Counted from the first letter of the whole stretch, positions 38,161 to 50,944 are shown. The stretch: 63,272 nucleotides of DNA, filler included, from Basidiobolus ranarum (GCA_040143965.1; 5 parts of 5 records of this genome joined end to end with filler, not necessarily neighbours in it), one strand, 5' to 3'. Translations and numbers: made by a program. The notes: generated by a model from the letters alone, not told the origin.

Positions 38161-39582
38161 AAAGAAAACGCCTGGCGGAGTTTGGCAGTTTTCTCTCGTA
38201 AACAACTTATCAGCTCTACACCCACTGATTTGGAGAAGATCCTTTTTGTTAGTAGTTGATTTAAAAAGCATCAAGTATAAGATACAAGATAATCATACTC
38301 TTTATTATTAGTTGTGGTATTGTAGAACTTTATCTTTGGTTAAACTAAGAATGCACTCCTTGGCTGCAGGTGAATTGACTCGACTGGGCGATTTGAATTC
38401 CAAAAAATTCCATTACGAAAGTTATCCGGATATATACTCAGATCATTCACCTGGTTCTATCGTTCCATTCGAATTACTAGTACTCGCAGCAAGAATCCCT
38501 GCTTTTATGGGAAACAGTCAAGAGAGCATCAACAGATTATACAGGATTATCTTTACATGCAAGAAGGTCAACTGAAATTTGTGTGATTATATATGTAAGT
38601 AAATTATTCTGATAGCTTTTTGGGAATTTCCAGATGCAACTGGAGATAAAGAAAACGGGGAATGTTGAAGGTAAGTGAAATCCCATCCCATTGTTATTAC
38701 ATTTCAATAAAATCAACCTCATCTCCTTGTAGAACAACAAACATGGTTAGATAGAGAGGCCCAATTATTGCTCATGGTTGTTAACCATTTGGTCGAATTG
38801 AAGGTAGTTTGAGAATAAATCACCTTCAAAATGATCCGATTGTAATGTTGGATACAAATAGGATAACAATGCGGCGACTTCTTTACTGAATCGTATCTGT
38901 CAAAAGTTCGACAATCAACCGGATGTATGGTCGGCGTTGGGACGTATGTACATACAGGCAAGCCGGTCAACATCCTATTAACTGTATCTTACATATCTTG
39001 ACTCATGAGTTCAATCTATTACCTTTCTTCCTTAAGGCTGGGAACTTGAAACAAGCCCAATCCGCCTTTCAACATGTTGAGAGGATGGCAAACTCGCAAG
39101 AGGCTCTAAAAGAGACTGTATTGTTAAACAGGTACTAGAATCGACTTGGACTCTACGAATCTCTTGCTAACAAAACTTGCTTATCTAGCTCATATGTTCA
39201 GATGGCTGGTGGGAAATGGGAAGAGGCTTACAAGACTCTGGATCAAGTGTTAGCAATCAATCACAAAAACCCTGCGGTAAGATTCGATAGGCAATTTGCG
39301 GACCAGATGATTTACTAATTCGGAAGATTTATTTAGGCAGCAAATAACCTTGCAATATGCTCACTTTATCTCGGGAAGATTGATAAATCCATCGATACAC
39401 TAGAGACACTTATTTCGTTCGCACCATCCACGGTTGGCAATTCAGAAAGCATCTTATTTAACTTGTCTACTTTTTATGAATTAAGAAGCGACAGTAGTTT
39501 AGATAAAAAACGAAAATTGATGGTGGAGGTGGGAAAATGGGCAGGTGACGGATTTCCTGTAGACTGCTTCAAACTTAATTAG
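38161..39582 (+). CDS. TRAPPC12: TRAPP complex subunit TRAPPC12 (TTC15), 5' truncated, multi-exon
   Basis: LWYCRTLSLVKLR..YESYPDIY..GSIVPFELLVL..GNSQESINRLY; TPR-like exons ANNLAICSLYLG and FNLSTFYEL; ends GDGFPVDCFKLN*. Confidence 0.85.
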
Positions 39583-40305
39583 TACCACCTGGCTATTTAT
39601 CACATTGTGTGCTATTGTATTGTGTTGTCATCGTATCGTATTGGTTATCTGAACTAGATCTGAACTAGCCTAACCCTAACTAGCCTACCAACACTAGTAA
39701 TAAAATGAGAACTAATCGTCCATCCATCACTCAATATAGATATGAACGTCCATCACTCAATATAGATATGAAAATAGAAGTTACCTCAACTATTCTGACT
39801 CTAAGCGTATAATGCATATATAAATAGAATCGGCAACGATGCCTAATTAATGAGAAACCTAATTCCACTACTAATTTCACTACTAAATATAATCAAGCCC
39901 CACAAAGTTCCTGCTATTAGCCACCAATCTGTGATAAGTATCGTATGTGATTGGCTTCCTTTGAAAATGCTGTGATCACCAACTCTTATTTTGGATCAAT
40001 ACTTGTAAGCTTGCCTCGTATTTCCATGGTTCCTTGGCGTGTCTATGCACTAATATTCTTAATATGAACTGATCCAGGAGGTCGACTACTCTATCGGTTT
40101 TATAACTATTCTACTTCTGGATCCATTTTTTCTTACAGGACTTTCTTAGACTTTCTCTAAAGGAACCATAAGTGTTCTTCGAAAATTTTCACTATTCTAC
40201 CTGTACCACACATATTCATTTGGAGAACTCTTCACCAGTATATCTGTTGGTGTGTTGAGTAATTACCTTCGTTAACTTACTAATTCCAATTAAACTGACC
40301 AAAAA

Positions 40306-42039
40306 ATGTGCTGTTGCGGTGGTGATGCAAAATGGAAACGTGAAGCTATAAACGACCACAAATTCGACTATGTAGATGTTGAGGAGTACTATGATAGGAG
40401 TTTCATGACCAAGTTCAAATATTGTTTTGTATTCGTTTTCACCATGAAGTCTATTCTCATCTATGTGCTGGATGTTTACACAGCTGTTATGCTGGTGGTT
40501 TTTGAAACTTGGACAAGTTCTTTGAACGGCGAGTCCGACACTTTTACGTCTCAGCCTTATATTCGTTGGATATTCGTTGCCTCTATCGCTTTTTCGTACA
40601 TTCTGTTGTTCTTAGAAATAAGAAAAACTAGAATTATCATTCTCTCTAGAGATATCTCATTCACTTTCACCTCCATCATGGCTACTCGATATTACACCCT
40701 GAGGTCGTACGAGCACTACTGCTTCTTCAAGCAAATTCATAATCAAAAGAGGTTTAAAGACGAGCTGTCTTTTTTTGTGTTCTTTTCATTAAAAGGTGAG
40801 TTTCACGTAGACGTAATGTCTGGTGGAGTATTTTAGGCTTACAAGTTATGTATTCATAGGTTGGAAGAGACTATTTTTTGCAGAAGCACCACGTCAAGTA
40901 ATCAATGGATATATTTTGGTAAATGCAATTATTAAGGGTGTGGATAAGCTTCGAGGAAAGAATATGAGTATCGGAGCAGTTATCGATGCTGCAACGGGAT
41001 CTACTGGGGGAAGCGATTTCAGTACAAAACTAACATTCATCACGATGGGTGTTCCTTGTTTGCTTTTCATCATTTCTGCACTGCGAACCATTTTCGCGGC
41101 AGTACTCTATTTGTTTTTGGTTTGTGAAATCCAAGGCAATTTGAAGGAGTATTGTTGCCATAAGATTGATAAGAGGTAATTACATTTGATAATCTCATTT
41201 TTAACATGATAATTACTTACAAATTTGTTGTTAGACTCACCGAGCTGCTACGCTACAAAGCTCGTAAACGTGCATACAAAGATAAAATCATTAATGGAGG
41301 AATTCACCCTACTAAGCCAGTAATTGATGGCTTCGAAGATGAAATCATGATGGAATCTGTTGGAAAACCAGCGACAGCTAATGATCACTATATCGATGAG
41401 AAACGAGGAATACCGGCGCATACCATCTCTCCGATTCACTCTGATTTTCCTTCTAGCAGGCTAGATGATAATCGTAGACAGATGGCTCATCCCTCACTTC
41501 AACAGCCTACACTTCCTCAAATTGATTTGAATTTGGATGAACCAGACTCTTATAGAGCTCAGGGAACAGGCCAAGTACACGGCAATCCTACCTTGCGCCG
41601 TTTGTCATTATCCCCTCGGCGTGATTACATGGAAGTCAGCAGTCAAGCCAACTCTGAATGCTCCGAGGACAACTATGATATGCGTTATCCATACGAAAAC
41701 AAACCAGTTCCTTTCACTGAGCCATATCTGAACCCCTCACAGATTGGACATAACTCATCAAGGAATCAACATATACATGAGCATCCATTGCGCCCCACTT
41801 CCCCCACACACAGTGAAACTTCTTCGCGAAGTGCCAGTACTCACCCAAGTCATGGCTATCGTCCAGGGAAGGCAGCCTCAAGTAATGGAAGATCATTGAA
41901 CGGCTTCGTGGAAGATGATGAAGTTATACCTGACAGATATCAAGACCATTACCATTCCTCCGCCAATACCCGATCCAGAGGTAAAAGTAGCAAGAACCCC
42001 TCTATAAAGACCAGTAACCCTGGTGCTGTCAACTTTTAG
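40306..42039 (+). CDS. KCH1: Fungal potassium transporter Kch-family membrane protein (3 exons)
   Basis: KWKREAINDHKFDYVD, SRDISFTFT, GWKRLFFAEAPRQVIN and GNLKEYCCHKIDKR; disordered C-terminal tail. Confidence 0.85.
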
Positions 42040-42277
42040 TTCTGCGGGTGGTTGACCTATTATATATATTCAAGATTTTGACTGTTCAATGGTTTTACAG
42101 TTCAATTAGTATCTAATTTCGTGTCAATATCCTGCCCCTTCATGCTTCTCTATATAATTTTTATTTCAAGATATAGAGCCCCACTGTCAATTATTTACTC
42201 CACTACTGATGAGGATAAGCATTATCTATATTCATTCCATCTGTGCTCATTTCCCCAAGTTCCCTTCCCCACAAACA

Positions 42278-43309
42278 TCATCTAAACAAATGTAGTCCCC
42301 GGCTTCGAGGGCCGACTTCTTGGGGTTGGGTTGGTATACTGGATGGTTGCGACTTCATTAATTCTTCGATCCAAGCTTTGCGAGTGGATACTCTAGCAAA
42401 TCCCTACAATAAAACATCCCTAATAAGGAGGGTGATGAAATGTGATGAAAGGATAATTGTTTTTACCGAAGGAATCCCAGCCTCACAATCTCGAGTGAAA
42501 CTGGTCACTCCTACTAAAACAGGAACCCCCTTTCCATTTATTTGAAACAGTGGACCACCACTGTCACCAAAGCATATATCTAAGTAACAAATTCATTAGT
42601 AAAACAGTTATCAAATATTTCTTGACCAATAATTACTTTCGTCCCCCACGTCAGTACCGGCGCAAAGCTCAACCCGGGAATCAAAACCCCCCAAGTAAGA
42701 CTCGCATTTTTTAGATGGGAATATTTGTAAATTGGCCTGTTGAAGTGTTTCCGCCATCTTTTGTTCGTTCAATCTACCCCAACCTAGGGTGCGTACCAGA
42801 GCACCAGGTACTGAGGCACTTCCGTCATCTAGTATTATTTGCGAGTCGTATGGAGAAGACTTTTCTAACTTTAGTACGGCATCTTGAAATGATTCACAGT
42901 TAGTGTCGTATTATGACAAATAGAAAAGCTACTATATACAAGTACAATCATTAAGTAGTTTATTACGATCCCATTCAGGATGTATGTTCATGGTTCGAAT
43001 ACCAGTCACAAATCCGTTTTCCTCACGAGCAGAACGGGTCCGATTATGACGATGAAGTTGAACCGTAACCACCTGTGGGGATGTCGCCATATCTACACAG
43101 TGAGCAGCAGTCAAGATAGTATCCCGATCTAACAAAGTTCCACCACAAAAGATAGCCTGTGTTTGGGAAGTGCGAACATAAACCATTGCCATCCAAGGAT
43201 AACTAAACGATGGATACACCTCAGACCCACCAAAAATACCAGAATTAGGACGAGCAAAGGGAAATGATTCACAACACAAAACCAGCATCATCAGTAGCCA
43301 AATATGCAT
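42278..43309 (-). CDS. Secreted trypsin-like S1A serine protease (multi-exon)
   Basis: Signal peptide, IFGG mature start, FCGGTL, LTAAHC, LLND and DICFGDSGGP. Confidence 0.9.
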
Positions 43310-43923
43310 AGTATGAACCTAGTATCAATGAAATACCGTCTAACTGGCCTAAATTTATATACTCTTTCGAAGGAGTGGCTGATACAAGTTCTTGTATATG
43401 CATTGCACCTATTATGAATATTGGGAGTATCCAAGAAACCACAAAGGATCTTCAATGACGTCGATACGTTGCATGCTCCAAAATGTTGATCATTGTGCAA
43501 GCAAACATTGATAGTACATATACACCTGCCTTAGATTAATTGCTGTTATGAACTAAATAATGTCGCATTTGTCCATTATTTATGAAAGTAGACTAACGAT
43601 CCCAACTATATGTATGCTATTGTTGTTTTAGCGTAATCAACTTTAATAGCTAGGGATTTGCGTAGGCATTAACACTCCCAGTTCACTTTAAATGCGTACG
43701 TTCCTTTGAATTTCTAGAGCCCCTTGCGTATATTCGCACAAGCCATTATTTTACTACATTGGCGTAACTCAGAATACGTTTATTGGACTAAACTTTTTCA
43801 TTATCTGAATGAAAAGTATGATACAAGAAAACTAGCATGGATAAGAGCTGACAATTAAATTAACTCTAATATACATGGGCGAAAGGCTCAGTAGGTAACG
43901 GTAGCCGTTAGACAACCTTAGTT

Positions 43924-44544
43924 TTACCTTTGTTCAGGGCCACCCTTTGGTGGTTTAAAACTATTACTTTTCTTCTTACTTTTCTTGTTTAAAAAGGTAC
44001 GCCAACTACCTACTCTAGCGTCTCTTCCCTCGTCCCACATCTTTTGCTCTTGAATTTTACGTTTTCTCTCGTTCACCTCCTCTTCTTTTTTCGTTGCTTC
44101 CGCACCTTCTCTCTCCATCTCTAACTTTTGAAGTTTACGTTTTCTCCACTCGATATCGATAAGAAGTTTTTTAAGTCTTTGTTCTACTATAGCTTTGTAT
44201 TCGTTTTTCAACTTCTCCGAGTCCGGTTTTAAACCTTGCTCTTTACTCACTTCAAACCTAGCCTCCAAAAGTAGTTTTGAAATAAACTCTCTTCTCTCTT
44301 CAGTTTTAGCATCGACTTCAGCTTTTTTTAACAGATCGAAAGCGGTTTGTGAGTCAGGATGGTGACATTTATCTGGGTGAATTAATAAAGATTTCTTTCT
44401 ATAGTTTATCTTGATATCTTCGTTGGTGCACGTTTCAGGATCTAAAGTTAATATCTCGAACGGGTTAAGTTTGAAACAACCTAAAATTCTGACCACTTCA
44501 TCATCGCGTTGTTGCTCCATTGTTCGTGTTATTGGGTCGGACAT
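43924..44544 (-). CDS. J-domain protein DNAJC8/Spf31-like
   Basis: RILGCFKLNPFEIL..KKSLLIHPDK..WDEGRDARVGSWRTF..FKPPK; likely start MSDP at 44544. Confidence 0.85.
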   Translation of the reverse strand: MSDPITRTMEQQRDDEVVRILGCFKLNPFEILTLDPETCTNEDIKINYRKKSLLIHPDKCHHPDSQTAFDLLKKAEVDAKTEERREFISKLLLEARFEVSKEQGLKPDSEKLKNEYKAIVEQRLKKLLIDIEWRKRKLQKLEMEREGAEATKKEEEVNERKRKIQEQKMWDEGRDARVGSWRTFLNKKSKKKSNSFKPPKGGPEQR

Positions 44545-44634
44545 TCTACTATAATGAAAAAGAGGAATTGAAGTTGGTGGATTAATCTCTTCATCCAAAT
44601 GTAGTCTGGAGTATTCATTTTCAGGGGGTGATGA

Positions 44635-44722
44635 TGTTAAATAAAATGTAAAAATCACCCTAAGCACTCTAATCATCTTTGTTAAATAAAATGTAAAAAT
44701 CACCTTAATCACTGTAATCATC
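44635..44722. repeat. ~45-bp tandem duplication upstream of DNAJC8
   Basis: tgttaaataaaatgtaaaaatcacc..taatcatctt occurs twice. Confidence 0.75.
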
Positions 44723-45012
44723 TTATCCTATTTATTCATATATTTGGTTGCCGAAGCACTTCATCACTCTATATTCCATATACTCCTCTCAAGCCATCAG
44801 AATTCCCTCATCATCGAGGTAAATAAATATTCTAACTGCAAACGGGCCAAACGGAGCCAAATGATGAGTACTGATGTGGTTTTTAAAAAAATTGGTGGAT
44901 TTTACTATTCATGATTAAGAGGATGTAGATGAATACATGAAATAGCAGCTATTGCTAAAGATAGGTATGATACATTCGGTTAATGCAAGTTAAAGTCATT
45001 AATAAACAAGGA

Positions 45013-45579
45013 TTAAATCTCCCAAGGCTTCTTGGCTCCATCCTTGATTTTCTTGGAGATATCATCAGATTTAGACATGGAGATTCCAGCGGTGGCAGTT
45101 AAACTTATAAGGGTGATGGCTTGAGCGTACATTCTAGCCTGAACGATTTTCTGAGACATCGTCAAGTATCTTTGCTTTGCTAAGTAAACCATAGAAGCGG
45201 ACATACCTACTGCCCAAGTCAATCCTATAATACCATATCTATGTTCGTTAACGTAATCCCTCCAATCGAACTCCTCGTCAGCAGATTTGGGTGCTCTAAG
45301 ACCTTTCGCAATTGAGTCAGCTTCTTGGAAGTCTTTCATCATACGAAAGTGAACGCGTTCTCCTTGGATAACGGCGGTTCCAGCTGTGGCATATGCCACA
45401 AAGTAGGTCTTGAGCTTGTTGGACATATTTTGAAAGTAAGGGTAATGACGACGTCCATATGCCAAGGCGGCTAATCCAACCATACCACCGACAACAGCAC
45501 CTTGAATTCCAGCTACTGTTACTTTTTGGTAGTATAATTTTTCCTCTTCAGAGGTTAACAAATGACCTTTTGCGCCCAT
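45013..45579 (-). CDS. RCF2: Hypoxia-induced (HIG1) domain respiratory supercomplex factor, Rcf2-like
   Basis: Two TM hairpins; HRYGIIGLTW..SQKIVQARMYAQA motif. Confidence 0.82.
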   Translation of the reverse strand: MGAKGHLLTSEEEKLYYQKVTVAGIQGAVVGGMVGLAALAYGRRHYPYFQNMSNKLKTYFVAYATAGTAVIQGERVHFRMMKDFQEADSIAKGLRAPKSADEEFDWRDYVNEHRYGIIGLTWAVGMSASMVYLAKQRYLTMSQKIVQARMYAQAITLISLTATAGISMSKSDDISKKIKDGAKKPWEI

Positions 45580-45959
45580 GATTAGAATGAAGTAGAATTA
45601 TTTAGATGAACAATACTGAAGCCGTGGAATGTTGGTGCTTATATAACGATGGCTACAACGTCAAGTTCGTACCTGATTTCAAATGCTTAGCTTAAACGTA
45701 TTGGGTACCGTCGTTTCTCTGTGCCGCATGTATTTCTCCTCTGGTTAAGGGAATTATGGTTAGTGGAACATTCCTCAATTAGCTTGGTGTTGAGATATTT
45801 CAAATCTTAAGGTTACCATATCTGTCTTGGGATATTCTATACAAGATATTCTATGCGTACTTTCACTTACGGATTCAAATATCTTTTGGGATTCATTCAG
45901 GACTCAGGATTTGCCAACATTTACAATCGTCCTCTTTCCACAAATGGATGCTCATAGTG

Positions 45960-46070
45960 TTGGGTTAGGGTTAGAGTTGGGTTAGGGTTGGGCTATTTGG
46001 TCTAATCCTGATCGTCAGATTTTCGGTGGAATTAGGTAGGCAATTAGGTGGTTAAGTGGTTAGGGTTTAA
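45960..46070 (+). promoter_or_regulatory. Interstitial TTAGGG-like cluster in the divergent RCF2/COX5 promoter
   Basis: gggttagggttagagttgggttagggttggg and ggttagggttt. Confidence 0.5.
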
Positions 46071-46505
46071 TTCTCATGTTTGTTAGTACTTGGTGTGACA
46101 TCATTCCGGATAAACAATTGTTATACGATCTGAGGCCTAGGTCTAGATTTCGGGGTACTTCGGGGTAGAGAATTAGGGTGGGGGAATACAGTAAAAAAAT
46201 GGGGCGATTCGGTAGAGTCTAGTGTTGGCAGATACAGTAGATTCCTGAGTGAACCAAGAAAAAATTGTATACTATAGTTAGATGCTAAAAAAGCTGGGGA
46301 AATCGAAGGGGTAGAAAAGGGTACTAAACGAGTAAAGCCAATGTTTAGTCCTTCGTAACTTAACCGGACCGAATATTCATTTGGTATGTGGGTTTTTTTC
46401 GTTGTTTTGATTTAATTCTATGATTTTGTGTTATTTCACTTGAACTGTCATACTGACCTTACTGTTTGTTTCTTTCCTAAACTTATCGAACTAAAGATTA
46501 CCAAC

Positions 46506-46985
46506 ATGTTCGCCCGCATCGCTTCTGTTAATGCTAAGAGAGCTCTTTCTCGCTCTGCCTCCACAACTTCCACCCCTGCTTTGACAAACATCCGCAGTTC
46601 TTGGAAGACTTTGGCCCAAGAGGAGAAGGTCAATATCTATAACAAGATCTTGGAAGCCCAGAAGGGTGATTGGAAGGCTTTAAGTCTTGATGAGAAAAAA
46701 GCTGCCTACTGGATCGCTTTCGGTCCTCACGGTCTTCGTAAACCTCCTTTGGAAAAGGGAGATGGTATGAAGGTATTCCTCGGTGTAGTTGCTGTTACTG
46801 CTGTTTCTGCTGGTCTCTTCCAACTCATCCGTCAAGCCGGACAACCCACTCCTCACACCTTCACTAAGGAATGGCAAGAAGCTACCAACGAGAAGATGAA
46901 GGAACAAAAATCCAATCCTTTCACTGGTATTGCCTCTGAGGACTATAAGGGTTCAGGCTTCCTTCACTTCACCAAGGAAGAATAA
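46506..46985 (+). CDS. COX5: Cytochrome c oxidase subunit 5 (COX4/IV family)
   Basis: Presequence MFARIASVNAKRALSR; KGDWKALSLDEKKAAYWIAFGPHG..TKEWQEATNE..NPFTG. Probable 5'UTR intron ~46384-46496. Confidence 0.92.
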   Translation: MFARIASVNAKRALSRSASTTSTPALTNIRSSWKTLAQEEKVNIYNKILEAQKGDWKALSLDEKKAAYWIAFGPHGLRKPPLEKGDGMKVFLGVVAVTAVSAGLFQLIRQAGQPTPHTFTKEWQEATNEKMKEQKSNPFTGIASEDYKGSGFLHFTKEE

Positions 46986-47942
46986 ATTTCACGTCACGAA
47001 GTATTCCTTGACACATAATATTTCTGAGCATTTTGATTTTCTATGCTTTTCGTTTTTCGTACAACAAATCTATACATCCTACTGCTCTCAATACTTCATC
47101 TTCGATTTGGTTAAACATTTCACCAACAACCTAAATATTTCATCTGCATGTCAGATTCCTCCAAGGGAAATAAACCCAATCTTTACATTTTATTTGAGTG
47201 GGATATCTCCTTCTTTTTACGCATTGTGTGGCTTGAGAATGTCGTAATCAACTACGCGACACTGCATCATCCAAATCCTCCATATTTATCAGAAAGGAAA
47301 TCAGGTGAAATCCATATTTTTTCCTACTTGGATTTAATGAGTACAAAAATAATATTCGCATCACTAGTTGACATGCTTTCTGATAACTGGATATTTCACA
47401 TAAACTCTGGAGTCCAGAATCGATCAAAGTACTACCTAACAATTCATGAGGTGCCTCAAAACCAGTTGAACGCTCATAAAGAAAGGTCATATATACAAAT
47501 AGCGAATTGCCCTCTGTGCAACCGAATATGTATAGTGTGAAATAGCATGTCAGATGAAAGAACAGAACAATGTGAGTATGACCATTCCATTTCTTGGATC
47601 TATTCGAAATATCAATAGATTTAGTGCTGTCAATGCGGAATAATCCATTCACACTTCATTTAACTGAATATTAAACCAACAACAGTTCAACTAGTATAAA
47701 TACTAGCAACTTGCTACTCATCAAACTCTGACAGATAATAACAGTGCATTCTCTCAATACGAAAATGAATTTTAATAATCGAGAAGAGCTCTGGTAAAGA
47801 TACAAAGGACGCTATGTTTAGAGCGAAAAAGTAAGGAGTAAAACCAAATCAATGTAACTATAAGAACCACTAAAAAAGATTCTAAATTGGTTACTAAGTA
47901 AGATAAAAAAGAGAGACCGGGATGGTATTTGAGTTGATTTCT

Positions 47943-48680
47943 TTAAATATGTCCCTTCTTGTTCGTAGCAAAGAGCATACGAATGGCAAAGACTTGAAGA
48001 GAAGCAATACCAACAATAAGAACGCATTCAGAGAGTGAGTACCAGAAAATTCGTCCTTCAGTAGACTCTACAGTGGCAAAGTTTCTGTTTTCACGTGTGC
48101 GGAAATATTTCTGCATACGGTTGATGTTATGTAAAGAACCACCGATACGCGTGATAGAATCCTCAGTGGGATTAGTGTGATGATCTTCCAATGCTTGTCT
48201 GTGAGGTAACATGGCCTTCACTTCATTTTCAACGCTGATGTCAAAGTCTACCAATTTTTCGGCAAAAGTAGACATTCCATTGCTAAAGCAGAAGGAATAT
48301 TCTCCTACTTCATTACCGGTAAATACCATATCACCTTGACGTTCCTTTTCACCTTTAGTAACTAAACGTCCTTTAGGGTCTGATACTTCATAATCGATAT
48401 CAAAGTTACCACCAGTTTGTACCTATCAATTAGAAGAGAAACATCGTTATAACTCACGAAAGCATTGTACAAATTTTGAGAAAAAAACTGGTCTTTAACT
48501 TACTGCAAAATAAAAAGAAATTTTTTTGCCGGCGGCATCTACCCAAGTATAAAAGCAAGCTTTATCATTGGCAGGAACCCAATAAGTCAAAGCGGTTGCT
48601 TGAACTGTCGGAGTATATGTGGACAATAAAAGAGTGATATAAACACTCAATAGAGTCGCAAAAGCAGTGAGACTCTTCAT
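47943..48680 (-). CDS. p24/emp24/GOLD family cargo receptor (gamma type, Erp3/TMED-like)
   Basis: Signal peptide, ACFY..FYFAV|QTGGNFDIDY, YSFCFSNGMSTFAEKLVDF and YFRTRENRN..TVESTE; one intron. Confidence 0.9.
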
Positions 48681-49126
48681 AGTAAAAATATTGCTTGGTT
48701 TTTCGAAATCAAGCTTCGATTTTCCTAAAGTAACCTAACAGAGAGAAAAAAACAATAGCAAAGCTAAGATGGCAGGTATATCGTTCTAAGCGTGAGCTTA
48801 ACTCCGATGAACAAGCTTGAGCACTTACAATTACGTCCGTTCTTTTGCATCTACTCAAGCATTGATCTCTTACATGGGTCAATTGGATTGGTTCATTTTC
48901 AATCAATTGTTTAGTATGGCGAGTCACGTGCTATTTGAAATGTTTTTAATCAGTATTGACAAAGTTGATTTAATGTAGACAGAAACAACCCAATTAGTCA
49001 TCATTATTTTCCTGAATTGTATGGTGATGAAACAAGTTCGATCGGGACAATTCTTTATTGATTTCATCGAAAAAGTTGAACCATACTTCACTTGTTTCTT
49101 GATAACTAAATGAGACATTTTTGTAC

Positions 49127-49600
49127 ATGAGATTCATTTGGAGTATTGCCATAGTTATCTGGTGCTTATTGTTGGCATTTCTCGGGTTTGCACCCGGGCT
49201 AGAGATAGCGATAAACGATAAAGTTTTACATTTTTTTGGTTTTGGGATTTTGACTTTGCTTATATATTTTTTCCTGGATTGCCGTGTTCTATTGCAGAAC
49301 GTTATAAGAACCGCAATCATTGCTTTCATCTTGAGTTTGACGAGTGAGTTTATACAAGGACTATTGCCATATAAGGAATTCGATGGGTTTGACATTTGTG
49401 TGAGTATTTGTGTGCATGAAGGTGTTTTGGTTCAAAGCTGACTTGACTATTTTTCATTCTTTAAGGCAAATCTGCTGGGCAGTTCTACTTTCCTTGGAAT
49501 ATCCGCTACCATAGATTATCATCTTCGTTCCCGTCAACAGCACAGATCTTGGACGGAGCTGAACAAAATTTTGGAAGAAGAACCACTAGAGGAGGTATAA
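49127..49600 (+). CDS. VanZ-like small membrane protein (2 exons)
   Basis: LAFLGFAP..NDKVLHFFGF..SEFIQGLLPYKEFDGFDIC|ANLLGS. Confidence 0.75.
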
Positions 49601-50005
49601 CACATATATACTATCGGTGAACCTTTTTGTCTACGGGAGTTGATTCTTGTACGCACACGTTTGAGCATAGATGTGATATTATTCTGCTAATTAGATTTTT
49701 GTGAATAAACTTATATTTTGATTGTGACTGGTGTGAATGTCTTGAAGTTTCAAAATTTAAATATACATATTTAAATCGAATTTAATAGTAATTTTATTTA
49801 CTTTGGAATCGAGACATCTTGTTATACTAGATCTCTAATACATCTACTTCTTATGAGGGACTTATAAATATAATAAGTAACGAACATCTTGAAATTTCTA
49901 AGGTAACTTGGTTTAAAAACTGATATGCGCATCTAATAAACTGAGAGGGATGCTTAAAGTTGTAGATCAAAAGCGTATTTTTCGCCTTTACTATCCTTGC
50001 CAGAA

Positions 50006-50639
50006 TTAAAGCATAGCTTGGCCTGCGGCTTTTCCGTCTTTGCCATCTTTACCATCCTTTCCGTCTTTGCCATCTTTACCGTCCTTTCCGTCTTTTCCTG
50101 GTGCTCCGTCCTTGCCGTCTTTACCGTCTTTGCCGTTCAAACCATCCTTACCATCTTTACCATCTTTTCCGTCCTTTCCGTTCAAACCATCTTTACCATT
50201 GAGGCCATCCTTTCCATTCTTGCCATCAGGTCCTGGAACTGGAACGAAGATTGGTACTGGTGATGGCTCTGGCTTCTTGTAAGCCCTAGCAACAATGTGG
50301 GCATCCTCATCAGTTGACTGGAGCATAGCTTGACCTGCGGCTTTCCCGTCCTTGCCATCTTTACCATCCTTTCCATCTTTGCCATCTTTACCGTCCTTTC
50401 CGTCTTTTCCTGGTGCTCCGTCCTTGCCATCTTTACCATCTTTGCCGTTCAAGCCGTCTTTGCCATTGAGACCATCCTTTCCATTCTTGCCATCAGGACC
50501 TGGAACTGGAACGAAGATTGGTACTGGTGATGGCTCTGGCTTCTTATAGACCGCTCTGGCAATGAGGTGAGAATCCTCATCTGTTGACTGGAGCATAGCT
50601 TGACCCGCAGCTTTCCCGTCCTTGCCATCTTTACCATCC
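50006..50639 (-). CDS. Modular collagen-like repeat protein (3' part; 5' truncated by gap)
   Basis: Repeated module STDEDxHxxAR-A(V)YKKPEPSPVPIFVPVPGP-(G-X-Y, mostly GKD)n-GKAAGQAML; unit lengths 270 and 312 nt. Confidence 0.8.
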
Positions 50640-50739
50640 NNNNNNNNNNNNNNNNNNNNNNNNNNNNNNNNNNNNNNNNNNNNTTAATTAATTAANNNNN
50701 NNNNNNNNNNNNNNNNNNNNNNNNNNNNNNNNNNNNNNN
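50640..50739. other. Artificial contig spacer
   Basis: N44-TTAATTAATTAA-N44. Confidence 0.99.
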
Positions 50740-50740
50740 C

Positions 50741-50944
50741 GATAGAGATTCTAGACGTTACGACCGTGATAGATATGCTGACCGTGACTACAGGCGCAGG
50801 GATCGTGATGGCTTTGAAAGACGTAGATCTGGTGACAGAGATTACCATAGAGAATATGAAGATAGAGACGCCGATAACAGCCGTCGTAGATCTCGGTCAA
50901 GGGAATATGACGAAAGAGATAGAAAGCGCCACCGGGAGATATAA
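50741..50944 (+). CDS. 3' end of an RD/RS-rich (splicing-factor-like) protein
   Basis: Open frame DRDSRRYDRDRYADRDYRRRDRD..RRRSRSREYDERDRKRHREI*. Confidence 0.65.
   Translation, partial: DRDSRRYDRDRYADRDYRRRDRDGFERRRSGDRDYHREYEDRDADNSRRRSRSREYDERDRKRHREI

Noticed and set aside
39718-39773. ~26-bp direct repeat (ccatcactcaatatagatatgaa x2)
   Set aside because: Simple local duplication in a 3' flank; only two copies and no spacer, so not CRISPR-like.
49997-50549. Plus-strand ORFs PSLPSFPS.. and FAIFTILS..
   Set aside because: Antisense and alternative-frame shadows of the GKD collagen repeat.
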